A DNA stretch of 64,000 nt from Candidatus Latescibacterota bacterium (GCA_965217585.1 OZ244561.1:2848001-2912000); one strand, 5' to 3'; shown: positions 37,965-48,147, counted from the first letter of the stretch. Notes: generated from the sequence alone by a model not told the origin. Made by a program: numbers and translations.

Positions 37965-40364
37965 ATGTGGAAGAGCAATCTGATTATTGCCCTGCGCGTA
38001 TTGGGGCGCAACAAGACGATTTCGCTGATCAACATCGTCGGCCTGTCTGCGGCCTTTGCCGTGGCGGTTCTGTGTCTGCTGTTCGTGCGCCACGAGACCT
38101 CCTTCGACGCTTGGCACGAAAAAGGGGACCGGATCTTCGCCATCTATGTTGAGCTTCTAGAGCCCGACCCCGGTTCCTCTCCCAAGCGTTCCACGATGAT
38201 AGGTTACCGTCTGCGCGAGGACGTGCGCGCTAAAGTCACCGGCATCCGCGAATTGGTTTCTATGAAGTTGGGATACAGCAAAGTCTCGTATGGCGATGCG
38301 ACCTTTGACGAGTCCTTCCTCGCTGTCGATCCGGCCTTCCTGACTATGTTCACCTTGCCGCTGGCTGCGGGCGATGCGGCGACGGCCCTCGACGATCCCC
38401 AGAACGTTGTTCTCGCCCATGAGACGGCGCAGAAGTACTTCGGCCCGAATGTGCCAGCCCATGCCATGCTGGGCAAGCACATCCGGTTGCACACTGTCGA
38501 GCGGGACTACTCGACGTCACCACCGCAGGAGACACCCATTGAGGTGGAACGCACCATTGCGGGTGTGCTGGCCCCGCTGCCGGGGCCTTCTATTTTGCGT
38601 CTAAAAGTACTCGTGCCCGCGGTAACGGCCGAGGCGCTGTACTTCAGGGGCGTAGAGGGACTTTTTGTTGAACTCGAAGAGGGCGTAGAGCATACCGAAG
38701 TGGAAACGCGGCTGGAGCCCCTGGTCTCGCGGGACCGACTGAAGTTGCAACCTTTTGCGGGCGCTCACATAGGACCTGAGATAGCGGGACCCGCCGACTT
38801 TGGTTATGGCACGGTCAAGCATATCTATCTGCTGGCGGGGCTGGCCGCGCTCGTGCTGCTGATCGCTGCTATCAACTTCGTCAATCTCGCCATGAGCCGC
38901 GCTATGACGCGGACTTTGGAGGTTGGGATGCGCAAGGCGATCGGCGCGACGCGCCACCAGCTTTCCAACCAGTTCCTCGCCGAAGCCATCGTGGTGAGTC
39001 TAATCGCCATCGTCGTTGGCATGGGCCTTGCCGAAGTCGCGCTGCCGACGTTTAACGCGGTCGTGCATCAGCAGCTGGAGATCGAGTGGTTGTCGGTCGA
39101 GACGGGGATAGGTGCCTTAGCCCTTGCCTTGGTGGTCGGCGTACTGTCGGGCTTGTACCCGGCCCAAGTGGTTGCGCGGCTCCATCCCGTCCGGGCACTG
39201 TCCCGCAAGACGCCTCAGCCGGGTCGCGGTTGGCTCGGTCGCGGTCTGATTGTCGTGCAGTTTGCTCTGTCAGCCGTTCTCGTCGTCGTAACGATCACTA
39301 TGGTGCGACAGCTCGATTTTATGCGCACCAAGGATTTGGGCTTCGACGGCGACCGGGTCGTGCTGGTTGCCCACAAAGGCGATCTCAATCCTTTGCAGAT
39401 TGAGCGTCTCGCCGACGAGATCAATTCTCGACCGGGACTTTTACAAGGAGTCACGGGTGCCTGGCCAGCACCCGGCTTTGGTGGCTTCTCCCCCATGCCA
39501 ATCCGGTCCGATGAGAAAGTGCTCCGCGCCAAGCCCTTCTACGTAAGTCCAAACTTCCTAAGCGTCATGGGTATCGAGATCCTCTCCGGGCAGGGCTTCG
39601 ATCCCAATCTGCCGCATGGCGTCCTGCTCAACGAGACTGCTGCACACTTCTTCGGCCCTGAAGACCTAATTGGTCGCACCTTGACAGGCCCTGGTGACGA
39701 GCCGATAACGGTGATCGGCATAGTCAAGGATTTCCACTTCGTGGATATGCGCCATACCGTAGGACCGGCTTTTCTGACGACGAGCCCGCTTATATCCAAG
39801 CCCAAATCCAGGCAGACAGACCAGTTCAAGTACACCCTATTCCGGCTCGACCGCGCCGACCTGCCCGCGGCAGTTGAAGAGGTAAAGGCGCTGTGGAAGC
39901 GGGTTTTGCCGGAATACGAATTATGGGGCGTGCGCTTCCTCGACGAGTCCTTTGCCTCGAGATACTGGGAAGAGCAGCGCATCGGTCTTGTCATGCGATG
40001 GATGAGCGCCGTCGCCATTGCGATCTCCTGCATGGGGCTTTTCGGCTTGGTCGCCTTAGCGGCGGTGCGGCGCACCAAGGAAATTGGCATCCGCAAGGTA
40101 TTGGGCGCTACGACCGGCAGCGTGCTGCTGTTGATGTCGCGCGAATTCGGCTGGCTGGTGGTGGTGGCCAATGTCATTGCCTGGCCTGTGGCCTATTTCG
40201 TCTTGAACCGCTGGCTCGCGTTCTACGCCTATCGCATTGACATTGGCTTGGGTTGGTTTGTGTTGGCAGGCGTGGGCGTTCTCGCGGTCGCGCTGGCCAC
40301 CGTCAGCAGCCAGACGTGGCTGGCGGCGCGGACCAATCCGGCGGATGCGTTGAGATACGAGTAG
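37965..40364 (+). CDS. ABC permease P14 (subfamily D)
   Basis: Start taken at ATG 37965 (MWKSNL), shared with P17; same architecture. Confidence 0.93.
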   Translation: MWKSNLIIALRVLGRNKTISLINIVGLSAAFAVAVLCLLFVRHETSFDAWHEKGDRIFAIYVELLEPDPGSSPKRSTMIGYRLREDVRAKVTGIRELVSMKLGYSKVSYGDATFDESFLAVDPAFLTMFTLPLAAGDAATALDDPQNVVLAHETAQKYFGPNVPAHAMLGKHIRLHTVERDYSTSPPQETPIEVERTIAGVLAPLPGPSILRLKVLVPAVTAEALYFRGVEGLFVELEEGVEHTEVETRLEPLVSRDRLKLQPFAGAHIGPEIAGPADFGYGTVKHIYLLAGLAALVLLIAAINFVNLAMSRAMTRTLEVGMRKAIGATRHQLSNQFLAEAIVVSLIAIVVGMGLAEVALPTFNAVVHQQLEIEWLSVETGIGALALALVVGVLSGLYPAQVVARLHPVRALSRKTPQPGRGWLGRGLIVVQFALSAVLVVVTITMVRQLDFMRTKDLGFDGDRVVLVAHKGDLNPLQIERLADEINSRPGLLQGVTGAWPAPGFGGFSPMPIRSDEKVLRAKPFYVSPNFLSVMGIEILSGQGFDPNLPHGVLLNETAAHFFGPEDLIGRTLTGPGDEPITVIGIVKDFHFVDMRHTVGPAFLTTSPLISKPKSRQTDQFKYTLFRLDRADLPAAVEEVKALWKRVLPEYELWGVRFLDESFASRYWEEQRIGLVMRWMSAVAIAISCMGLFGLVALAAVRRTKEIGIRKVLGATTGSVLLLMSREFGWLVVVANVIAWPVAYFVLNRWLAFYAYRIDIGLGWFVLAGVGVLAVALATVSSQTWLAARTNPADALRYE

Positions 40365-40413
40365 GGGGAGAGAGAGCAAGTAGAAGCAGACCCCGAAGCC
40401 GAAAGGGAATGGG

Positions 40414-42822
40414 ATGCTAAGAAACCTAATTATCACGGCTGGACGCAATCTCGTCCGGCACAAGGCGTATGCGCTGCTGAACGTCGTTGGGCTGACGATT
40501 GGCATCTCGGGTTGTCTGCTCGTCCTGCTCTTCGTGCGATTGGAGTTTTCGAGAGGAACCGCGTATCCCAAGACGGATCGCATCTACCGCGTGATCTCGT
40601 GGACGCTCAACAACGACAATGAGCGTCGGTACAATCGTGGATCGGACGGCCTAGTCGGTCCTGCCATGTTGGAGAGGTTGCCAGAGGTCGAAGGGTTTGT
40701 GCGCTCTCAAGCACATTGGCCTGTGCGCGTGTGGTGGGGGGACGCAGTAACCGGGGACCATCAGATCGCGATCGTGGATACGTCTTTTCTTGAGACCTTT
40801 GATGTGGAACTGATTTCCGGCGACCGCCGTACTGCGCTGTCGGCACCGAACGGTGTCGTTCTCGCCGAACGTGCGGCAAAGGTCATTTTCGGCGATCGGG
40901 ATCCAATGGGGCAAACCCTGACGGTGGATCATCGGCAAGTTCGCGGGGAGTACACGGTTACGGGAATAGCTAAAGACCCACGCTGGACCGTTTACGCCCT
41001 CAACTTCAATCTGATCACGGCCCAGCGCCCACAAGCAGCGGCGTGGGACCGCGTGCTCATGAGCGGACCCTGGCGGCCCATCCAGACGTTTGTCTTGCTC
41101 CGGGAAGATGCCAACGTCGAGCGCCTGTCTTCTATGCTGGGCGCACTGAACGTTCAAGTGAACGGGGAAGAATGGGACGGGAAGGCGGGATACGCGCTGC
41201 AGCCGCTGAAACGGATTCATCTGTATGGTCAGCAAGACTATCCCGGCATTGCTGCTTTCGGCAACATTCAGACGGTGTATGTGCTGTCCGGCATTGCGCT
41301 GTTCGTTCTGTTGATTGCCGGCGTCAACTTCGTGAATCTGACGACCGCGCAGTTCGCGCAGCGAACCAAAGAGGTTGGCGTCCGGAAAGTGGTCGGGGCT
41401 GGGCGCTTGTCGCTGGTCTCCCAGTTCCTGAGTGAGTCGATTCTACTGACGCTCGGGGCTGGGCTGCTCTCCGTGCTGGTCGCATGGCTTGCGCTACCGG
41501 CTTTTAACAGCTACGTGGCCAGGCGTCTCACGCTCGACGGCGACGTGTCGCTGTGGCTGATGTACGGATCCCTAATCCTAGCGGTTGGTGTGCTCGCCGG
41601 TCTCTACCCAGCGGTTGTCATGACGCGGCTGCGACCGACGCACGCCCTCTTCGGCGCGAGGGCTACGGGAGGTGCCCCTTGGCTAAGGAGATTCTTGGTC
41701 ACCTTTCAGTTCGCGATCTCGGTGGCGCTGATCACGTCAGCGCTTGTTCTGCGCGATCAGGTGCACTACTTGCTGTCCAAGGACACCGGGCTCGATCGCA
41801 GTCACGTCCTGTGGATACCGATCATCGATAAAAATCCAACGCTTGCCGGCCGCAAGGATGAGATCAGGCGTGCCTTCAGGCAAAACCCGAATGTGCTCGG
41901 GTCTGCGTTTTCGTCGATTCTTCCGGTATATAAGTGGCCGGTAAAGGTGATTCCAGAAGGGGCTTCCGAGGCGTGGACGATGCTGGATGTCCATGTGGAC
42001 GAAGATTTTGTCGAGCTGATGGGAATCGAGCTGATCGCGGGCCGGAACTTCTCGCGGGATAGGCCCAGCGATGCTAGCGAGGCATTCTTGCTCAACGAAA
42101 CCGCAGTCCGGCATTTGGGTTGGGAGATCGGCGGCACTGAGCCGGAGAGAGACGCCCTCGGCAAGGCATTCTACTGGCCCGATCTGAAGCGGCAGGGTTA
42201 CATCGTGGGTATTGTCAAAGACTTCCACATCGGGACGCTGCGAGACCCGACCGAGCCGGCCTTCCTCGCGATTCAGCGCGAGAGAGAATTCAGTCTGCTG
42301 GTCAAGATCCGCCCCGAGCGCATGCGCGAGACGATAGACTTCCTCGGGGAGACATGGCGGTCGTTTGCACCCGCCAAGCCGTTCCAGTATCGGTTTCTGG
42401 ACGATGCCGTTGAATACCTTCACCGAGAAGAGATCCGTCTGAGCAACGTTGCGACGAGCTTCGTCGTGCTCGCCATGCTTCTCGCCTGTCTCGGCTTGTT
42501 CTCACTGGTCTCATTTTCAGCGGAGCAGCGGACTAAGGAGATTGCGATTCGGAAAGTGGCCGGGGCAACTAGCGGAAACCTCTTCGCACTGCTGACGCGC
42601 GGTTTCCTGCAGCCGGTGCTGCTCGCCTGTCTGATTGGCTGGCCTATTGCCTATGTCTTGATGGATAGATGGCTGTCGGACTATGCGCACCGGATCGATC
42701 TCGATGCCGTGCCGTTCTTGATGGGCGGCATCGGAGTAATGGTCGCCGCCTTGGTGACGGTCGGGTACCGGACCTTGAAGGCAGCCGGGGCCAATCCAGT
42801 CGAAGCATTGAGAAACGAGTAG
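40414..42822 (+). CDS. ABC permease P15 (singleton)
   Basis: 802 aa, same architecture, NPVEALRNE end. Confidence 0.95.
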   Translation: MLRNLIITAGRNLVRHKAYALLNVVGLTIGISGCLLVLLFVRLEFSRGTAYPKTDRIYRVISWTLNNDNERRYNRGSDGLVGPAMLERLPEVEGFVRSQAHWPVRVWWGDAVTGDHQIAIVDTSFLETFDVELISGDRRTALSAPNGVVLAERAAKVIFGDRDPMGQTLTVDHRQVRGEYTVTGIAKDPRWTVYALNFNLITAQRPQAAAWDRVLMSGPWRPIQTFVLLREDANVERLSSMLGALNVQVNGEEWDGKAGYALQPLKRIHLYGQQDYPGIAAFGNIQTVYVLSGIALFVLLIAGVNFVNLTTAQFAQRTKEVGVRKVVGAGRLSLVSQFLSESILLTLGAGLLSVLVAWLALPAFNSYVARRLTLDGDVSLWLMYGSLILAVGVLAGLYPAVVMTRLRPTHALFGARATGGAPWLRRFLVTFQFAISVALITSALVLRDQVHYLLSKDTGLDRSHVLWIPIIDKNPTLAGRKDEIRRAFRQNPNVLGSAFSSILPVYKWPVKVIPEGASEAWTMLDVHVDEDFVELMGIELIAGRNFSRDRPSDASEAFLLNETAVRHLGWEIGGTEPERDALGKAFYWPDLKRQGYIVGIVKDFHIGTLRDPTEPAFLAIQREREFSLLVKIRPERMRETIDFLGETWRSFAPAKPFQYRFLDDAVEYLHREEIRLSNVATSFVVLAMLLACLGLFSLVSFSAEQRTKEIAIRKVAGATSGNLFALLTRGFLQPVLLACLIGWPIAYVLMDRWLSDYAHRIDLDAVPFLMGGIGVMVAALVTVGYRTLKAAGANPVEALRNE

Positions 42823-42841
42823 CGCGCGGAGTCAGGGCACC

Positions 42842-42905
42842 GCGTGGGTGAGTGTCGCCTACCACGCCATCAGGAGGAGCCGGATCGATCCGGTGGGAGT
42901 AGTCA
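42842..42905 (+). pseudogene. 3'-end remnant of a deleted P13-like permease
   Basis: Reads AWVSVAYHAIRRSRIDPV against P13 AWVSVAYHAIRTSRIDPV (from 37815); differences are mostly synonymous. Confidence 0.85.
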
Positions 42906-42910
42906 TGTTC

Positions 42911-43076
42911 CTACGTACACGACAGTAGAAGCGGTATGAGATGCTTCGCTTCGCTCAGCATGACAGATGCTATCACTCTGTTCGCCGGTCATGCTGAGCG
43001 AAGCGAAGCGGAGTCGAAGCATCTTATACCTAGATGCTTATGCGTAACGTCCATTGGATGACTTTCGTGTAGTAAG
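42911..43076. mobile_element. MITE-like element (166 bp) carrying a long REP-type hairpin
   Basis: 9-bp direct repeat GTCATGTTC at 42902-42910 and 43077-43085; imperfect 16-bp TIRs (12/16); internal inverted pair 42933-42964 / 42988-43030 (GTCATGCTGAGCGAAGCGAAGC core). Confidence 0.65.
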
Positions 43077-43113
43077 GTCATGTTCAAACGCAACTAAATG
43101 AAGGAGATTCAGG

Positions 43114-45555
43114 ATGCTGCGCAGTTACGTCGTAATCGCACTGCGGAACCTGCTGCGCGACAAGGTGGTGACCGGCATCAACATCGTGGGTTTGTCCGTC
43201 GCCATCGCAGTCAGCGCCATCCTTGGCATTGGCGTGCACGGCATGCTGACCGCGGATTGGAACCTCCGCGAGGATGACCGCCTCTTCCGCGTGGTGACGC
43301 GCGAGATTAGCGCTGCGGGTCACGTACAGCGCTCGGCTTGGCAGCGCGAGGATCTCGCGGCGGCGCTCGCGGAGACGTTTCCCGAGATCGCCAGCACCAC
43401 GCGCGTCATCAAGACGAGTATCCTAATGACGGTCGGCGAGCGCCATCTCGAACACGGGGTGGTCGAAGTTGATCCCCCGTTCCTGCGGATGTTCCACTAC
43501 CCCCTCACGGCCGGTGACCCCGCCACGGTGCTGAATGGCCTCGATCAGGTCGTCATTTCCAAGCGACTGGCCGAGCGGATGTTTGGGGATGAATTCAGAG
43601 ACTACCCAGCGCTCATCGGCCAGCAGATCGTCTTGCACGGCAACGAGGGTCCCGAGGCATACACCATCTCCGGCGTCTTTGCCGATCTGCCGAAAGAGCG
43701 GAGCTTGGATTTTGACGCGGCGGTCCGTTTTGAGAACCGAACCAAGTATGGCATGGTCAGTTACTGGGGCGCTACGGCTTCTACATACATCGCGCTTCAC
43801 CCTCTTGCCGAGCGGAAGGCGCTCGAAGCGAAGCTCCCGGAGTTCTCCCGCGAGTTCATCGCCCCGGTCTGGGAACGCTACAAAGGCGTTCGCTGGCAGG
43901 ACGATCCAAATGCCTTCCAACTAGAACTCCAAGACGCGCGGACGATCTACTTCGACTCGCAGGCCCAGACCTATTATGGCTATGAAAACTTCGTGCCCAT
44001 CGAGGGAATCCTCGCCCTCGTCGCCCTGATCGGAGTCATTCTGACCGTCGCCTGCCTCAACTTCACGACCCTCGCCGTAGCGGGTTCCATCGGCCGGAGC
44101 GCGGAAGTGGGCGTCCGCAAGGCGCTCGGTGCTAACAAGGCACAAATCGCCCTGCAGTTTTTGGGAGAGGGCGTCCTGCTGGCCTTTTTCTCCCTGATCG
44201 CCGGACTGGTCCTCGTGCAGTTGGGGCTGCCCGCCTTTAACGCGTACTATGGACTTGACGCTTGGTCCGGGCTAGCGCTCCACGACTTGGGGGCCTCGAT
44301 TATCGTCGGCGGAGGCGTCTTGTTGGTGGTGCTGATCGGCATCGCGGCGGGAAGCTATCCGGCCCTAATCGCGGCGCGCATGCAGCCTGCGTCTGTCGTC
44401 GGCGGGGTGTCGCTGTGGCGCAGAAGTAGGGTGACGAGCGCACTCCTGACCTTGCAGTACGGCATGGCGGTCCTCCTGATCTTCTGCACCATCGCGATTT
44501 TTCAGCAGTTGGCCTACATCCAGTCGCGCGACCTTGGATACGCGGCTGAGCAGGTCGTCGTTGTCAAGCTACGCGGTGCGGACCCGACGCGGCTTGGCGA
44601 ACGCTTCAAGGAGGCAACTCTTTCCCAGTCGGGCGTCGCTGGTGTAGCCCTGTTGCAGCGCGAGTTTCCGACTAGCACCAACACCAATTACATCAGGCGG
44701 CCGGACGGGGAGCGTATTACAGTGCATCAGTTTGCCGTTGACCCCGACTTCTTTACGACACTCGGCATTGGCCTCGTATCCGGTCGCTCCTTTGCGGCTG
44801 GACGGCTGGCAGACCGGACGGAAAGTGTCGTCGTCAACCAGAGTCTCGCGGACGCCTTCGGCTGGGGGGAAAATGCCGTTGGGGAATTCCTACCGGAGTA
44901 CGGGGGCTACGGGGTGAGCAAAACGCCTACCGTCATCGGCGTCACACCGGACTTCCACTTCCGCTCTCTTAGGGAGCCGATCAAACCCGCCGTGTTTCAC
45001 TATGGGCCGGCAGTGTCCTTTGAGCGAGCACTGGTGCGGCTGAATACACGCGAGGTTGACGACTCTCTCGCGGGCCTAGAGCAGCTATGGGAAAAGGTGG
45101 CACCCGAACAACCCTTTGAGTACGAGTTCCTCGACCAGACTTTTGCCCGTCAGTACGAGGATGACAAGGAAATCAGCCGCACCGTTACCCTTGCATCCGT
45201 CGTCGCCATTCTCATCGCCTGCATGGGCTTGTTCGGCCACGCGACCATCGTCCTGCAGCGGCGCACCAAGGAGATCGGCGTCCGCAAAGTACTCGGCGCT
45301 ACGGTGGCAGAGATCCTCGCTCTCTTGTCGCGCGACGTGACGAAAATGGTCGCCTTGGCCTGCCTGTTAGCGTTTCCGCTGGCCCACTTCTTGGTAGGCC
45401 AATGGTTGTCGCAATACGCCTATCAGTTCGGCTTGGGGCTGACGACCTATCTCCTCTGCGGGACGATCGCTTTTGCGATTGCACTGGGCACGGTGGCGTA
45501 CATAGGCGTCCGCGCCGCGCGTGAGAATCCCGTCAATGCGCTGCGCTATGAGTAG
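43114..45555 (+). CDS. ABC permease P16 (singleton)
   Basis: 813 aa, same architecture; RBS AAGGAG. Confidence 0.95.
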   Translation: MLRSYVVIALRNLLRDKVVTGINIVGLSVAIAVSAILGIGVHGMLTADWNLREDDRLFRVVTREISAAGHVQRSAWQREDLAAALAETFPEIASTTRVIKTSILMTVGERHLEHGVVEVDPPFLRMFHYPLTAGDPATVLNGLDQVVISKRLAERMFGDEFRDYPALIGQQIVLHGNEGPEAYTISGVFADLPKERSLDFDAAVRFENRTKYGMVSYWGATASTYIALHPLAERKALEAKLPEFSREFIAPVWERYKGVRWQDDPNAFQLELQDARTIYFDSQAQTYYGYENFVPIEGILALVALIGVILTVACLNFTTLAVAGSIGRSAEVGVRKALGANKAQIALQFLGEGVLLAFFSLIAGLVLVQLGLPAFNAYYGLDAWSGLALHDLGASIIVGGGVLLVVLIGIAAGSYPALIAARMQPASVVGGVSLWRRSRVTSALLTLQYGMAVLLIFCTIAIFQQLAYIQSRDLGYAAEQVVVVKLRGADPTRLGERFKEATLSQSGVAGVALLQREFPTSTNTNYIRRPDGERITVHQFAVDPDFFTTLGIGLVSGRSFAAGRLADRTESVVVNQSLADAFGWGENAVGEFLPEYGGYGVSKTPTVIGVTPDFHFRSLREPIKPAVFHYGPAVSFERALVRLNTREVDDSLAGLEQLWEKVAPEQPFEYEFLDQTFARQYEDDKEISRTVTLASVVAILIACMGLFGHATIVLQRRTKEIGVRKVLGATVAEILALLSRDVTKMVALACLLAFPLAHFLVGQWLSQYAYQFGLGLTTYLLCGTIAFAIALGTVAYIGVRAARENPVNALRYE

Positions 45556-45633
45556 TAATGCTTGAGAGCTAACGGTGCACCGCGAGTTGCTAACTGTCCT
45601 CAAACACTCAACGAGAATGCGAGAAATCACACT

Positions 45634-48027
45634 ATGTGGAAGAGCAACCTGATCATTGCCCTGCGCGTATTGGGGCGCAACAAGACGATCTCGCTGATCA
45701 ACATCATCGGCCTGTCCGTGGCCTTTGCCGTGGCGGTCCTGTGTCTGCTGTTCGTGCGCCACGAGACCTCCTTTGACGCTTGGCACGAAAAAGGGGATCG
45801 AATATTCGCCATCTATTATGACCATCCAGAGCCCGAACCCGGTGCTGCCTTCAACCGTTACACCAGGATACGTGACGATGAGCGCGAGGCTGTGCGCACC
45901 AAAGTCGCCGGTATCCGCGAATCGGTTTCCATGAAGTTGGGATACGGCAAAGTCTCGTACGGTGATGCGACCTTTGACGAGGCCTTCCTCGCTGTCGATC
46001 CGGCCTTCCTGACTATGTTCACCTTGCCGCTGGCTGCGGGCGATGCGGCGACGGCCCTCGACGATCCCCTGAGCGTTGTTCTCGCCCATGAGACGGCGCA
46101 GAAGTACTTCGGCCCCGATGTGCCAGCCCACGCCATGCTAGGCGAGCGCATCCGGCTGCACACCGTCGAGAAGGACTACTCGACATCGCCACCGCAGGAG
46201 ACACCCATCGAGGTAGAGCACACCGTTGCGGGCGTGCTGGCACCCCTGCCGGGGCCTTCTATTTTGCGTCTAAAGGTACTCGTGCCTGAGGTAACGGCCG
46301 AGGCTCTGCACTTCAGGGGTCTAGACGGACTTTTTATTGAACTCGAAGAGGGCGTGGAGCCTGCCGAAGTGGAAACGCGGCTGGAGCCCCTGGCCTCGCG
46401 GGACCGACCGAAGTTGCAGCCATTTGCAGGCGCTCACTTAGGACCTAGTATAACGGGACCCGCTGACTTTGGTTATGGCACGGTCGAGCATATCTATCTG
46501 CTGGCGGGGCTGGCCGCGCTGGTCTTGCTGATCGCTGCCATCAACTTCGTCAACCTCGCCATGAGCCGCGCCATGACGCGGACCTTGGAAGTCGGGGTGC
46601 GCAAGGCGATCGGCGCGACGCGCCACCAGCTTTCCAACCAATTCCTCGCCGAAGCAATCGTGGTGAGCCTAATCGCCATCGTCGTTGGCATGGGCCTCGC
46701 CGAAGTCCTGCTGCCGACATTTAACGAGGTCGCGAATCAGCAGTTAGAGATCGAGTGGCTGTCGGTCGAGACGGGGATAGGTGCCTTAGCCCTTGCCTTG
46801 ATGGTCGGCGTACTCTCGGGCCTGTATCCGGCCCAAGTGATTGCGCGGCTCCATCCCGTCCGGGCACTGTCCCGCAAGACGCCTCAGCCGGGTCGCGGTT
46901 GGCTCGGTCGCGGTCTGATTGTCGTGCAGTTTGCCCTGTCGGCCGTCCTCGTCGTTGTGACGATCACTATGGCGCGACAGCTCGACTTTATGCGCACCAA
47001 GGATTTGGGCTTCGATGGGGACCAAGTCGCGCTGGTTCTCCACAAAGGCGATCTCAATGCTTTGCAGATTGAGCGCCTCGCCGGCGAGATCAATTCCCGA
47101 CCGGGACTCGTACAAGGAGTCACCGGTGCCTGGTCAGCACCCGGCACCGGCGGCTTTCCCCCCATGCCAATCCGGTCCGATGAGAAAGTGCTCCACGCCA
47201 AGCCCTTCTACGTGAGTCCAAACTTCCTGAGCGTCATGGGCATTGAGGTCCTCTCCGGGCAGGGCTTCGATCCGAATCGGCCGCACGGCGTCCTGCTCAA
47301 CGAGACCGCTGCACACTTCTTCGGCCCTGAAGACCTAATCGGCCGCACCTTGACAGGCCTTGGTGACGAGCCGATGACGGTGATCGGCGTAGTCAAGGAT
47401 TTCCACTTCAATACCATGCATCATTCCATAGGACCGGCTCTTCTGACGACGCGTCCGCTTATATCCAAGCCCAAATTGCGAGACCGGTTCACGAACACCC
47501 TAGTCCGGCTCGACCGCGCCGACCTGCCCGCGGCGGTCGAAGAAGTAAAGGCGCTGTGGAAGCGGGTTATGCCGGGATACGAATTATACCGCGTGAAATT
47601 CCTCGACGAGAGATTTGCAGCGGAATACTGGGAAGAGCAGCGCGTCAGCCTTGTCATGAGATGGATGAGTGCCGTCGCCATTGTGATCTCTTGCATGGGG
47701 CTTTTTGGCTTGGTCGCTTTGGCGGCCGTGCGGCGCACCAAGGAAATTGGCATCCGCAAGGTATTGGGAGCTACGACTAGCAGCGTGCTGCTGTTGATGT
47801 CGCGCGAATTCGGCTGGCTGGTGGTGGTGGCCAACGTCATTGCCTGGCCTGTGGCTTATTTCGTGTTGAATCGCTGGCTCGCGTTCTACGCCTATCGCAT
47901 CGACATTGGCTTGGGTTGGTTTGTGTTGGCGGGCGTGGGCGTTCTCGCGGTCGCGTTGGCCACTGTCAGCAGCCAGACGTGGCTGGCGGCGCGGGCCAAT
48001 CCGGCGGATGCGTTGAGATACGAGTAG
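45634..48027 (+). CDS. ABC permease P17 (subfamily D)
   Basis: Start reassigned to ATG 45634 (MWKSNL); close paralogue of P14. Confidence 0.93.
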   Translation: MWKSNLIIALRVLGRNKTISLINIIGLSVAFAVAVLCLLFVRHETSFDAWHEKGDRIFAIYYDHPEPEPGAAFNRYTRIRDDEREAVRTKVAGIRESVSMKLGYGKVSYGDATFDEAFLAVDPAFLTMFTLPLAAGDAATALDDPLSVVLAHETAQKYFGPDVPAHAMLGERIRLHTVEKDYSTSPPQETPIEVEHTVAGVLAPLPGPSILRLKVLVPEVTAEALHFRGLDGLFIELEEGVEPAEVETRLEPLASRDRPKLQPFAGAHLGPSITGPADFGYGTVEHIYLLAGLAALVLLIAAINFVNLAMSRAMTRTLEVGVRKAIGATRHQLSNQFLAEAIVVSLIAIVVGMGLAEVLLPTFNEVANQQLEIEWLSVETGIGALALALMVGVLSGLYPAQVIARLHPVRALSRKTPQPGRGWLGRGLIVVQFALSAVLVVVTITMARQLDFMRTKDLGFDGDQVALVLHKGDLNALQIERLAGEINSRPGLVQGVTGAWSAPGTGGFPPMPIRSDEKVLHAKPFYVSPNFLSVMGIEVLSGQGFDPNRPHGVLLNETAAHFFGPEDLIGRTLTGLGDEPMTVIGVVKDFHFNTMHHSIGPALLTTRPLISKPKLRDRFTNTLVRLDRADLPAAVEEVKALWKRVMPGYELYRVKFLDERFAAEYWEEQRVSLVMRWMSAVAIVISCMGLFGLVALAAVRRTKEIGIRKVLGATTSSVLLLMSREFGWLVVVANVIAWPVAYFVLNRWLAFYAYRIDIGLGWFVLAGVGVLAVALATVSSQTWLAARANPADALRYE

Positions 48028-48064
48028 TGCGCGGAATCTACCGCCATTCGGTCTAACTCTATAA

Positions 48065-48147
48065 CTGACGTTACGCATAGGTTCGGTATAAGTGGCCAGT
48101 GGCCAGGTTTGTGGTAGGGGCGGCCGGTCGCCCCTACGTAACGTCAT
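48065..48147. mobile_element. MITE-like element (83 bp) with a GTAG REP
   Basis: TIRs CTGACGTTACGCA / TACGTAACGTCAT; 7-bp direct repeat TCTATAA at 48058-48064 and 48148-48154; internal GTAGGGGCGGCCGGTCGCCCCTAC at 48114-48137. Confidence 0.72.

Noticed and set aside
3873-48027. Diversity-generating retroelement as the source of loop variation
   Set aside because: No reverse transcriptase or template repeat in the window; variation includes indels and all four bases, not adenine-specific changes.
3848-48064. Integron or CRISPR interpretation of the repeated spacers
   Set aside because: No integrase or cas genes, no consistent attC-like ends and no repeat-spacer periodicity; the repeats are duplicated leaders and REP-like hairpins.
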